Positions 52,038-64,000 of a DNA stretch of 64,000 bases are shown here, one piece after another; position 1 is the stretch's first letter, and every line of letters starts with the position of its first letter. Below the pieces are notes generated by a model. That model made no database searches. It was not told the DNA's origin and was given only the letters and a program-made list of their open reading frames with translations. The position numbers were made by a program, and so were the translations under genes. The stretch comes from Octopus bimaculoides. Lineage: Eukaryota. The stretch covers positions 21,387,357-21,451,356 of the forward strand of contig NC_068984.1 of NCBI RefSeq assembly GCF_001194135.2. Direction: 5' to 3'.

Positions 52038-52763
52038 CTTGCTCGCTCATTTCACCTACTAATACCAACACTCACCTCACTCAACTACTCTCTTTCATGG
52101 GCATATTCAACCATCTACTCATTCACTCACTCATCCGCCCATCTTTTCTCTCTTATTCACCCACTCACTCATCAGTTTACCCATTCACTCACTCAAGAAT
52201 CCACCCGTCCACTCACACTTCTACCTTTTAGTCACTCATCCGCCCACCTATATTTTCACTCACTCATCTGCCCACTTATAACATTTGAATAACAAGCTTT
52301 GATTTTTATCCAACCAATACTGTTTATATCAGGTTTGAGATAAATCATACTAACAATACTATAAATCGTCGCCGTAGTTGTCGACTCAGTTATTCGACCC
52401 GCTAGAAATAACAGCCTAATCTTATCTCCCACAAACCACTCCTGCCGTTTGAGAAAAGGATATATTAGACAAAGTGGTGTCGGATTTTCTTAATAGACAT
52501 TACTACCTCACGGAGAAGGAAGATAGCAAGGAATTGAGTGTTTATTTTCTTCATTTCTTTGTATACCTGTATTTCATGCAACGATAATTACAATTGTGAA
52601 ATAATTTTTTTATCCAAAACATTCAATTTCTTTTTTAGATTTCTGCCCCTACCTCCAATTCCATGTCCTTTTCGTTCCTCATGTAATAGTGGTGCCTATT
52701 CCGAAAGTCTGCCAATGTGATCCTGGGTTCCTTGCACATAGGTAAAAAGATATGATTGTTAGA

Positions 52764-52926
52764 CAGCAGCGTAGCTAAAGAGTAGGGGTCGGTCCGCCCC
52801 GGGCGACACTTTTAAGGGGCAGAACTTAAGGGCCTGTTCGAGAAGCCAGTGTAAATTGTATTGGCTTGAGGAGGGTGGCAAACTCAAGAGCTTCCCCGGA
52901 CAGCGCACACTCTATCTTCGCCACTG
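52764..52926. mobile_element. Possible short hAT-like MITE
   Basis: CAGCAGCGTAGCTAAAGAGT...ACTCTATCTTCGCCACTG imperfect TIRs; no TSD found. Confidence 0.4.
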
Positions 52927-53189
52927 GTCTTGGATCATCAGGATTACTCAAGCGATACATGATCACAATGCCGCCTTGACATCCCAAGTCCTTTCGAAAA
53001 CCAATGACCTGGGCCCGATAGCATTAACTTATTGACAGCAAGCGACAACATATATAAATTTGAATTGAATCCCTAGACCTGAGTAACTGCCTGAGACGGC
53101 ATTGCGTAGTCGCCTTTGTGGAGTACCCCCACAATTTTTTTTCTCAAATCACACTAAAAGACCAACTAGATTATGTAGTATTGCATATT

Positions 53190-53474
53190 ACACTCCGACC
53201 AGGGTTCCAGTTGATCCAGTCAACGGAACAGCCTGCTCGTGAAATTAACGTGCAAGTGTACTCTTAACGAAGTTCTCAGGGAGGTTCAGCATGACACAGA
53301 ATGTGACAAGGCTGGCCCATTGAAACACAGGTACTACTCATTTTTGCGAACTGAATGAACTAGAGAAATGTAAAATAAAGCATCTTGCTCAAGGACACAA
53401 CGCGTCGCTGGGAATTGAACTCACGACCTTACGATCATAAGCCGAATACTCTAACCACCAAGCCACGCGCCTTC
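53190..53474 (-). mobile_element. tRNA-derived SINE, family C
   Basis: Reverse complement of 659-962, with more CpGs retained. Confidence 0.8.
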
Positions 53475-53513
53475 CTAGAAAACGGTCTACCTACATTAAT
53501 CCGTCCCTCTTGC

Positions 53514-54217
53514 GGTTTTGTTTCTTCATAACTGCCAGAAAAGTGGATATCTTTCAATGAAATTTTGTACAAATACCCTTCAGATGGAATAGATTCCGAT
53601 TATATCACCATCTAATGGGAATAATTCTTTTCCGAAGGTGGGGTGAGGAGTTTCAAAATATTCACACGAGTCGATTTTGTTTCCTCATATCTTTTAGAAA
53701 AATGGGTCTTTTTTAATGAAATTCACAACAAATACCTTTCAGAGTGTGTAGATTACGATTATATCGGAATTTAATACGAAAAACAATAATAATAATAATA
53801 ATAATAAATGGTGGAGTCGTACACATAATTTACTGGCATACATCACATTTTTTTTTTCGAAAGTTCAGGTTTCTTTTTGTAGATTTATGTATGTCAGTAT
53901 GTGTACGAGACCACCAATTTATTTAATTATTTATTTTGCATTTCATCTTCAATTCCGATATACTCGTAACCTACACACTCTAAAAGATATTTGTAGAAAA
54001 TTTTATTAAAAAATTACCTGACTTTTCTGAAAGTTATGAGGAAACAAAGCCAACTCGAGTGAATTTTCCGAAACTCCTTAACCTACCCTCGGAAAAAAAA
54101 AATTTCACCCCAAATTCCAGTATAGTCGGAATCTACATTTTGAAACTTTCGTTCAAAAAGTTGAAGATTTCGTTAAAAAATATCCATTTTTCTGGAAGTT
54201 ATGAGGTAACAAAATCG
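53514..54217. mobile_element. Palindromic element whose arms each contain two ~160-bp subunits
   Basis: Left-arm subunits start at 53520 and 53679; reverse-complement subunits at ~53950-54050 and ~54110-54217. Confidence 0.75.
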
Positions 54218-54976
54218 ATGGTGGTGGGTGGGTGAGGGAACATTTGTGTAGGTTTGCCAAAAAAAGGACATTTATTTGTAAATAGACGGGTTAACTGTGA
54301 CTGGAGTATCATTGATCATAGGTAGGTCTATGCAAAGCTGATAACTGGTCCTGGCCAAATGTGAAATGCAGACTCTATTTATATATAAGGACACAGGAAA
54401 TGTGTCAAGGCCGACAGGAAGCGGTCCAGCTTCCTAGAGCTAAATAGCAGCAGTATGATTCCCTTATTAGGACTATCACATTAAGTTGACAGTACACAAC
54501 TGCTTTATTTATATATCATTATCCTTGTAATCATATGCGCCCATTGAAATGGCAGCCAAATATTCCTCAAATTACTGTTCCTCATATTGTTTAAAGAAGT
54601 CATAACTGGAATGCCTTTGGTGGATCAGATCTTTCTGATTTGCCGGACACCATTTGTTTTCTAACGAAACACTTTCAAACTTGGGATACTGGTAGAATTT
54701 GTCATATAAAACATCTTTTTCTCTTAGTCTTGTTAAGAAAAGTTTGTATATTCGAAGTTATTTCATGTTAAAAGTTGTCGTATTTCGGTAATTTCAACCA
54801 ATCACTGACGTCTATTGAAGTGAAAACAATTACTGCTGTGGTTTGTCAACAACACGTTGTGGCGGTGTAATGGGATCTTTTCCCTTGATTAAAATTACTG
54901 CCGTTGTTTGTCAACAACAACTATCGGCGGTACTGTTATTTATGACATCGTTCGTGCGTTTGTACTGGTTTTAGCT

Positions 54977-55036
54977 TTAGGGTTTTAGGGTTAGGGTTTT
55001 AGGGTTAGGGTTTTTGGGTTAGGGTTAGAGTTAGGA
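54977..55036 (+). repeat. Interstitial degenerate (TTAGGG)n
   Basis: TTAGGG/TTTTAGGG alternation with seven GGG runs. Confidence 0.85.
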
Positions 55037-55430
55037 GTATGAGTGTTGTTGCCAAATTTGGTGAAGAATTTGTGGCGGTGTATTGAACAGATTTTCGCTT
55101 CATCTCCCTTCTGGATCTTTCCATCGCCCCCAGGGATTGCGGGCAGTACCGCCCGCTTTGAGAAGCACTGTATTGGAGAGAGGATTTCATCTCTACTACC
55201 ACCACCACCACCATCATAATTTTCACCGCCGCTCGTCACACCATCGCTTATATCATCTTCGCTACCGGCATCTCCACGACCGCCACCACCATCATCACCA
55301 CCATCGCGAGGGATTACTGTAATACCGTAACAAACAAATTTTGAAGATGCATAATTTCTCCATTCTTCTTTATGATGTCTTATAGATAGATGTGTGTGTG
55401 TGTGTGTGTGTGAGCGCGTGTACCCTTGTA

Positions 55431-56103
55431 CCTTTTACTCGTTTCAGTCATTAGACTGCNNNNNNNNNNNNNNNNNNNNNNNNNNNNNNNNNNNNNNNNN
55501 NNNNNNNNNNNNNNNNNNNNNNNNNNNCCGCCTTGAAGAATTTAGAAGAACAAATCTCCCTCAGCAATTTTTAATTTGATACTTTCTATCACTCACTTAT
55601 GCCGAACCGCTAAGTTACAGGAACAAGCGGAGTTGGGGAACAAATGCAAAGACATACACGCGCTCACGCACGCACGCATACGCACGCACACACACACACA
55701 CACACATGTCAGGCTTCCAAACAGTTTCCTATTTCTTTATTGCTCACAAGGAGCTAAACACAAAGGGGACAAACAAGGACAGACAAAGGGATTAAGTCGA
55801 TTACATCGACCCCAGTGCGTAACTGGTGCTTAATTTATCGACCCCGAAAGGATGAAAGGCAAAGTCGTCCTCGGCGGAATTTGAACTCAGAACGTAACGG
55901 CAGACGAAATACCACTAAGCATTTCGCCCGGCGTGCTAACGTTTCTGCCAGCTCGCCGCCTTCCACACAGTTTCCCGTCTACCAATCTCACATTGGTCGC
56001 TCAAGGGCTATAGTAGAAGACACTTACACAAGGTGCTGCGCAATGGGACTGCATCTGAAACCAAGTGGTCACAAAGCGAGTTTCTTAACCACGGAGTCAT
56101 TCC
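55431..56103 (-). mobile_element. Composite SINE with a nested family A SINE
   Basis: 3' module 55431-55660, (CA)n, head module split at 55715-55975. Confidence 0.7.
55730..55960 (-). mobile_element. Family A SINE nested in a composite SINE, with 15-bp TSD
   Basis: TTCCAAACAGTTTCC (55715-55729) and TTCCACACAGTTTCC (55961-55975). Confidence 0.85.
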
Positions 56104-56161
56104 TGCGGTTAATATATAAAACATAGATCTTATAATTTTCAAAACAGTGAATACCATTTCC

Positions 56162-56349
56162 TCTTTTACTTGTATCAGTAATTTGACTGCGGTCATGCTG
56201 GAGCACCGCCCTTAGTCGAGCAAATCGACCTCAGGACTTATTCTTTGTAAGCCTAGTACTTATTCTATCGGACCCTTTTGCCGAACCGCTAAGTTACGGG
56301 AACNNNNNNNNNNNNNNNNNNNNNNNNNNNNNCAAACACACACACACAA

Positions 56350-56389
<40 letters not shown>

Positions 56390-56626
56390 CATCCGTTTTC
56401 TCCATTCCTTAAATTTTAATATATATATATATATATATATATCTATATATATACATATACATATATACGACGGGCTTCTTTCAGTTTCTGTCTACCAAAT
56501 CCACTCACAAGGCTTTGGTCGGCCCGAAGCTATAGTAGAAGACACTTGCCCAAAGTGCCACGCAGTGGTACTGAACCCAGGACCATGCGGTTGGTAAGCA
56601 AGCTACTTACCACACAGCCACTCCTC
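56162..56626 (-). mobile_element. Composite SINE: tRNA/CORE-like head, internal microsatellite, conserved 3' module
   Basis: Head GTGGCTGTGTGGTAAGTAGC...GGTTCAGTACC...TTGGGCAAGTGTC; (TA)n/(TG)n; tail GGCGGTGCTCCAGCATGACCGCAGTCAAAT...AAGTAAAAGA. Confidence 0.75.
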
Positions 56627-57361
56627 CTCTTTATAAAAGAAACATTTCTTAAAATTTATGAAAAACACAATAACAAAAATAAGGCACCATAACTGACGGA
56701 CCAACGTATTTCCACGGAACTCATTTTACGGAGAACCACTAGACTTACTACACAACAGTAGCAAGATGTATTATTACTATGGAAATGATGATGGTATAAT
56801 TTATATTCTGACTATTTCCAACTGTATTGTCACTAAACGATTCTTATTCCTCCTCCTCCGTTCCAGCGCATTCAACCTCTTCCCCCACACCCCCTTCCTA
56901 TCTCATCATTCACTCACCATCATCCTCCTGTTGCAGTTTCATGTCTGTCTGTGTTTACGAAAAGTATTATTAAGCCATTTCTTTTACATCATAATTAGCG
57001 TAAGTTTCCGGAATATGAATTCGTTATTTCTCGTTCTGTCATTACCCATAACCACTTCTCCCTCTCTCCACATTCACACACACACACACACACATGTGCA
57101 CGCACATACACACGTGCACGCACATACACACACATGTGAGGAGAGAAATCAAAAGACAGGTTTAGACATTTCAGATTTCGATTTGAAGTGTTACCATGGA
57201 GATATTCGGTACATATTTATGTCATAGACACAGTGCTCAATACACTAAAGTAGAGCTGTGTTTTGTATATACGTGCATATGTGTGTGTGTGTTTGTATAC
57301 ATACATACATGCATACATACACACACACATACATACATACATACAAACATACATACATACA

Positions 57362-57393
<32 letters not shown>

Positions 57394-58850
57394 CACAGGC
57401 GTACGTATTCAGTTGTATGCCTTGATGCAATACACTCTACCTGATATTTCGATTGAATTTCCAGATTAACATTTCACTCCTATTCTCAAATTGCGTTATA
57501 ACCGTATTATATACATGCATGCATGTATCCATGCATAAATACATACATACATGCATGCATGCATGCATACATACATACATACATACACACATACATACAT
57601 ATTGGAGCGACAGAATGCATATCAACACGTCTGGAGTAAAGTATGTCTGAAATTGAGATCTTGGGAAAAGAATGCAAATCCTTCATTCATATGCTACAAA
57701 TGATCACGTTATCAGAGACTATATAAATCTGCAAGATCTTCTAAGGGTAGATGATGTAGAAAAGATTGGGTAAGGAGCCTCTCGTTGCAGGACTGGCCTA
57801 GGGTGCTGAATACTCTGTAAAAACTGAATTTCAATATATCATTTGTATTCAAATGATTTACACCGATTCTTTCATTAAACATTTCACTTTTCCTTTTATT
57901 TCTCTTCCACCACAGCCTCCACTCTTCAGAGCTACACATTCTCATACCATCTCCACACTATGCACTTATCCCATCTTTCCACCTATCCCTCTGTCTTCCT
58001 TGCCAGGCCATTATTAACTTATTGGAATATCACCCCATATTAAAGAATGTTCTTTGGAGTTCCAAGAGTTCCTGTGCTTTTTTTTTTAGTTATATAATCA
58101 CACTACACGCAAACAAATCAGATAGAGGCGCACTTTGGAAGCACAAACAACAAGCCCGTTACTTCGTCAAGTTTTCCTTGGCTGTAGTTCAGCTCCGAGT
58201 TAAACGGAATTCTTCAACAAGCATGGTCAAGCATTATTCCCGCCTTTCATACGAAGCTGATCTCTTTTGTTAGTAATTTAATCGCAACTACATTTGGTTG
58301 CAGCGAACTGTTATGTAATTATGTAAATATTGTAATTTCCTTCGATAAAATAAAATATTGTTTCAACAACATTCGTATTCGACAACTCGCAGCCAGTACA
58401 ATAAACCGAAGGAGACGCAAAGTTATTGTTGTTGTGGGATATTCTGATGTAACTTGACAGCGTAACATTGATTGTTATGCCTCATATTTATAGGCGTTGT
58501 AATATATGTATTAAGAGAGCGTCGAGGTTAAAATGAGATCGTGTGTACGCTACGTATCGGAGAATTGAACAACACAAGGGAAAGAAGGACTGGAAATATA
58601 CTAATACATAGAAATATAGAAAGAGTTGTGTATTGCTATGGTGTGAGATGAAGAAGAAACTAATTTTGAGCTGGGGCTCTTTGTTGGAGAAGAAACAAGA
58701 AACATTAGCTTCTCGCTCACTTAACTTCAGTTTTATTTTCAGTCTCAACAATGTCTATGTCGGTCATCACTAGCTTACTAATTATAGTGAATCTCCTAAT
58801 TTACTTAATTTTGGTTGGTAAAACTTTCAGAACCTTCATCAGTTGGAACA

Positions 58851-58890
<40 letters not shown>

Positions 58891-58897
58891 CAACAAT

Positions 58898-59097
58898 ATT
58901 TTCTATTATAAGCACAGAGCCTGAAATTTGGTGAGAGGGGATTAGTCGATTACATCGACTCCAGTGCTTGACTAAGCACTTATTTTATCGACCCCGAAAG
59001 GCAAAGTCGATCACGGCAGAATTTGAACTCAGAACGTAAGAAATTTCGCTAAGAATTTTGCCTGGCACGCTAATGATTCTGCCAGCTCACCACCCTA
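58898..59097 (-). mobile_element. tRNA-derived SINE, family A
   Basis: Same family, next to an (AAT)n run. Confidence 0.75.
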
Positions 59098-59379
59098 ATG
59101 ATAAATAGATAGATAGATAAATAAATAAATAAATAAAGTCAAGATGTCTTGTTGAAATCACAGAGCATGACAATTTCAGAAGGAAAGTTATTTCGAATGT
59201 TGTTGATAATGATCAAACAATTTCTTGTGCTTGATGAGTTCCAAGAGTAATGAAGACAATAAAAGACCTTGAATAACTTGAGAAGGGAAACATTTCATAA
59301 AGCAACTAAAAATTTTGCAATGGATAAATTAGCTACTTAGAAAATCTCTATAAGAGATGAGCGCAGTAACTATACTGAG

Positions 59380-59867
59380 AAGTAATTTTTATCGCCACTT
59401 AAACATGGCTGTTCCATAGGAACCGATGTTACTGATACTTTTAACCCCAGGAGGATGTATCCTCCAGCTGGTTATTTGATGCAATCTGAACCTAATATAT
59501 ATATATATATATATTGCTAGCAGGGGAGTGAACCCCTACTATCTTCTAACCACGAGACCACCAGACCGTGCGGTTTCGACCTCTTTGTGGTCATCCCCGA
59601 TAGTAGATACTCGCCCGCTAGAGATAGCATAGTTCACTCCAGCTCGCAATATATAGAAAATCAAGCGACACACACAGAGGTATAAACCGTACGGTCTGGT
59701 GGTCTCGTGGCTAGAAGATGATAGTGGTTCACTCCCCTGTTTGCAATGTATATCGTGTGCTGATTGCATCGAATAACCAACTGGAGCAGGCGTCCTTCTG
59801 GGGTTAAAAATAGTAGTAACGTCGATTCCTACGGAACAGCCACGTTTAAGTGGCGATAAAATTACTT
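59380..59867. mobile_element. Foldback/MITE with ~200-bp inverted arms
   Basis: AAGTAATTTTTATCGCCACTTAAACATGGCTGTTCC... versus ...GGAACAGCCACGTTTAAGTGGCGATAAAATTACTT; inner arms CTTCTAACCACGAGACCACCAGACCGT / ACGGTCTGGTGGTCTCGTGGCTAGAAG. Confidence 0.85.
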
Positions 59868-61609
59868 AACTAGAAGTGTCTATTGCCGTTATCAGACCGA
59901 GTGAGAGAGAGAGAGAGAGAGAGAGAGAACTGATATATTTGGCAGTGGTAATGTTATTCTCCGTGTATATATGTAATATAGACAAGCAGACAGAAAAAGA
60001 GATGCGTGGGATAGAGTAAATCGAAATAGATTAAGCGGATCAATTATGGAAAGTGCTTCAGTCGCGACCATTTTGTCTTCAAATCTGGCACAACAATATC
60101 CAATGTCTTCCTTTTTAAAACGGTAGGGTGTGATTTTTTAGGGCAATTTTGCTTCTATTTCTAGCAGGTCGAAGGGCCGTGCAGAAGCCTCCTCTTTAGT
60201 TCATAGGAAAGTAGGGTTTGTCTCTAATAATGAACTGGAAATAACCTGCGAGGGATCTAGTTGGTTTGGCTGCCAGCATCATTTTCTGCTCGAACTGATT
60301 TCATATTCAGTGTAATGATACATTTTTTATAGGCAAATGAATGACGTGACAATCATTTTCGATGTAAATCTATCGCGTTCAGGGAACGTGAGGGGTCTTG
60401 TATTCTTAATCTCTTTAAAGTTGCCGAAAACGGGATAAACTCCGGCTACTTAACTTGGATTGGCACAAAGTAATTTTGAGGTGGTGGGGGTGCAAATCGA
60501 TTACATCAACCCCCTGTACTTTATTCTATTGACCTCAAGAGGATGGAAAACAAAGTTGATCTCAGCAGTATTTGAATTCAGAAAGTAAAGAGCCAAACAA
60601 TGTGTCCGACGCGCTAATGAGTCTGATTGCTTGCCGCCTTATTAAAAATTAGGTTATTACGGCTTCAGTGTTTTTGATCCATGGATCAACTCAACCAGCT
60701 GAGTTGGGCTTAAGCAACAACAAAGAAACGAGAAACATTGGTGTGTTCAGATGAGAGATAAACATTATTGTGAGCTTTATGTTAGGCAGAGAAAAAGAAA
60801 AGACTGTTTTTTACGACAAATAATTCGCCTCAAAATAGTTCCTATTTTTTCTTACATCATCTCAACATACATCTCTTACTTTTATAGATGTCATCGGTTC
60901 ATTAAGTTACAAACAAGATTAAATAGCGAGTCAAGGGGACCTCTACGCAACTGCTAAGTGAAGTTTCAGAACTTCCACTGAAATGAAATAACACTTGTAC
61001 CTATCACTCTTCAACCGGCAATTTTGAGAACTTGTAACTCTGACTATTAACTTAATAATACCTATAACAGAATAAATATCATATAATGAATTGTCCAGAG
61101 CCTACAAACCTACGAATTATAATTGCATTCCAAATGAATTGGTTCACATTTAGCTATGTAGCAAGGAATTCTAATTGCAAACATTCATCTATTTAGAGGA
61201 TATCTAGAATTACATTATCTGTCTTTTCCTTTTGGAAGATAGTGTGTTTGGCTGCTAACAGGTCGAGTGATCACGCAAGGGCTCCTTGTTGACTCTCTAG
61301 GCACATAAAAATTACTATACAACCATCCCGAAATCAATTTGTCTTTCATCATTCCGAGTTTCTCTCTTGTGATCCATTATAATTCAATAACAGAAAACGC
61401 ATTAGTTCGTATAAACCTATCAGTATTTGAGTGGTACTTTATGTTATCGACCGAGATCGATAAAATAATGCACCAGTCAAGTATACCCGTTACAGCAGAG
61501 TATAATCAATAAAATCAACACCATCCACGCCAACAATGTGCGGTTTTGTACAAGATTGCCACAAAACCTGATTAATGTATAGGAATTTTGTTTTTGTTTA
61601 CACCGTTAC

Positions 61610-61648
61610 TGCGCATGCGTAATCGTTACCCAAACTCTTCGCGTAAGT
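61610..61648 (+). promoter_or_regulatory. NRF1-type motif followed by a strong 5' splice donor (probable short non-coding first exon)
   Basis: TGCGCATGCG at 61610-61619; CGC|GTAAGT donor at 61643; CpG-rich context. Confidence 0.5.
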
Positions 61649-62036
61649 TTCAGTTTATAAATATTTATTTCTCGCCAGATTTTGTTTGGAATATTTATAT
61701 TTCCTGCTGGAATAAACTAGGATGATAATATTGTGGCAGCCGAATGAAATTATCTATGTTAATTTTAACATATATGTATATAAACTATAATACGTTATGC
61801 TTACATTCCATTATTATTGACGATATATATTACTAATTATTATTAAACATTTCTTTTTTTGTTTGAATTATTTATTGAACTATTATACTCTTAGCATGAA
61901 GATATAATTATTTTTGTTTTACAAAATCACTGTTTGATGCTTTCTTAGAGTAAACCGTGGTATCTGTGAAAGCTAGTGGATGATTATTTACACACAGCTT
62001 GCTCTGCGTAACATTCAGTAGTTCCTGCTGAAGGAT

Positions 62037-62294
62037 ATGACAACGATCGCTAACCTACGAACATTATCGCTTCTCCATCAGTGTCGAGCAGCGTTGATGC
62101 AATTAAGGAATGTCCTGATTCTTTCGGCTCGCACGTTTTCCCCTCTTCAACATTCATGCAGTCACCACAAACAATATGTTGTGAACTCTCTAACCATGCA
62201 TCAACTATTTGTTATGCTATTTTCGCTGAGGGTTGTTCCGAGTTCACTTCTTCGGTTTTTCACTCACACGCTTCTACCATTTCCTTGGCAATTA
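62037..62294 (+). CDS. Probable first coding exon of an unidentified gene with a mitochondrial-presequence-like N-terminus (exon 61998-62294)
   Basis: Acceptor tttacacacag| at 61997; in-frame stop at 62019 upstream of ATG 62037; donor TTA|GTGAGT at 62295 (phase 0). The 86 aa contain no Asp/Glu and are rich in L/S/R/H. Confidence 0.45.
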
Positions 62295-63433
62295 GTGAGT
62301 ATAAAAATGATATAGAAGTGGGGAAATATACCGCCAACGGGCAGGAATTACAACTAGATATCTCCAAGCAGTTTAAATGCACACGTTTCCGACATCCTGA
62401 ATTATGACCTGGATGCAACACCTTACAGTTAAGGGCCGAAATACATGCCTGAAACGGGTTTCTTCTCTGAAGACTTGCTATTCAACTCTTTTGAGGGTTT
62501 CTTACCACTTTAATCTATATATTTATCATAAGAAAACATCTCTCTGACAAATAGGTTTGCTTGAAACATTAAACCTTCTCCTCTACACCAACTTTGAACT
62601 ATTTCATAAAATATTTCCTCTCCCATATTAAAATTGTCAAAAAATTTCTAGCTCCGTATACTCCGTGTTTTTAAAATGTAAGAAAGATTGCGATGGTTGT
62701 AACTTTAATGTTCTTTTCAGTGGTATTCGAAGCGTTAGAAAATTTAATATATACACAAAAACTGCATTACAATTTAAGCTTGAGAAATTGAATAAGAATT
62801 TATTTTTTTTAGTATATAAATTGATTATTACATATATAATACATTGTATTTGAATAGTGCTATTCTGTGTAGATCCAAATTAGGCGAACTGTATAATATA
62901 ATATTGTTAAACCGAGCGGTGAAGTCCTAGTTTTAAAGCCAGTTTCAAATGATAGTTATCTTCCCCCTTTGTGAATGTTGTCAACATTCTAATTTCTAAA
63001 TGAATATAAATTGTATAGTTATCTCCCTTGTGTCATTAGCCAATATGTTCTCTATACACATCTACCCTTCAACTCTTACATATGTACTGTATAGTCTTGT
63101 GTACAGAATACACTATGCTGATTCGCTCTAGCAAACGAAAACATGTCCTTCCTTGTCACTTGCTGGCAAAGATAATATTGTCATAAGCATATTAATTAAT
63201 TTGAGAAGCTAATTAAAAATTTCTTGCGATTATCTCCCCTTTACTTTGAGACCTACAGAGAACTGCTGCTAAGTTTTTCTTTCTCCAAATAAGAGGGCAA
63301 CTTCAATTAACGAAGAATTTTCGAGTGTGCAACATCCACTACATTAGATATCATGTTAATAAAGGTAGAAAACACAAAGAGATGATACATTGTCAACTAC
63401 TGAAGAGTTAATTTCTTGGGTCTGCAGAGGATA

Positions 63434-63784
63434 TTCTTTTAATTGTTTCGGTCATTTGACTGTGGCCATGCTGGAGCACCATCTTTAGTCGAACAAATCA
63501 ACTCCAGGACTATGTGAGCCTAGTACTTATTCTATTGGTCTCTTTTCCTGAACTGCTAAGTTATGGGGACGTAAACACACCAACATCGATTGTCAAGTGA
63601 TGGGGGACAAACACAAAGATATACATATCATCATCATCATCATCATCGTTTAACGTCCGCTTTCCATGCTAGCATGGGTTGGACGACTTGACTGAGGACT
63701 GGTGAAACCGGATGGCAACACCAGGCTCCAATCTAAATTTGGCAGAGTTTCTACAGCTGGATGCCCTTCCTAACGCCAACCACT

Positions 63785-63833
<49 letters not shown>

Positions 63834-63988
63834 TATATACGGTGGGATTCTTTCAGTTTCCGTCTCCCAAATCCACTCACAAGGCTTTGGTCAGTCCGAG
63901 GCTATAGTAGAAGACACTTGCCCAAGGTGCCCACACAGTGGGACTGAAACTGGTTGGTAAGCAAGCTACTTACTACACAGCCGCTCCT
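63434..63988 (-). mobile_element. Composite SINE with an RTE 3' UTR copy (63628-63786) inserted at its microsatellite
   Basis: 3' module 63434-63620, RTE tail, (TA)n, head module 63845-63988. Confidence 0.7.
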
Positions 63989-64000
63989 GTGAAGGTTTGA

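Noticed and set aside
62081-62407. 108-aa alternative frame as the real CDS
   Set aside because: Starts at GTG downstream of an in-frame stop in the same exon, with no recognisable domain; the ATG-62037 frame fits the splice signals better.

Overview
Eukaryotic genomic DNA: AT-rich, dense in microsatellites, with seven N gaps. The SINE/LINE repertoire resembles that of a cephalopod, probably Octopus (inference). One complete protein-coding gene can be assembled by hand: a 5-coding-exon, minus-strand NOXRED1-like gene (P5C-reductase-family Rossmann fold, 361 aa, CDS 50335 to 26679), with two RFX X-box-like motifs just upstream of its ATG. A second, plus-strand gene probably starts near 61.6-62.3 kb: NRF1-type motif, short 5' exon, and an 86-codon first coding exon with no acidic residues. 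A third, unidentified plus-strand gene may end near 20.3 kb. The rest is transposon material: a full-length but dead IR/DR Tc1, mariner remnants, RTE LINEs, Penelope-like remnants, R4/Dong-type RLE retrotransposons stacked head-to-tail in (TAA)n, a Helitron with both termini, several MITEs/foldbacks, and three tRNA-derived SINE families, one of which carries an internal microsatellite. CpG density steps up sharply near the NOXRED1 promoter. No rRNA, true tRNA, CRISPR or prokaryotic features were seen, and I cannot claim a new biological system. All coordinates and translations were read by hand, so repeat boundaries are approximate.
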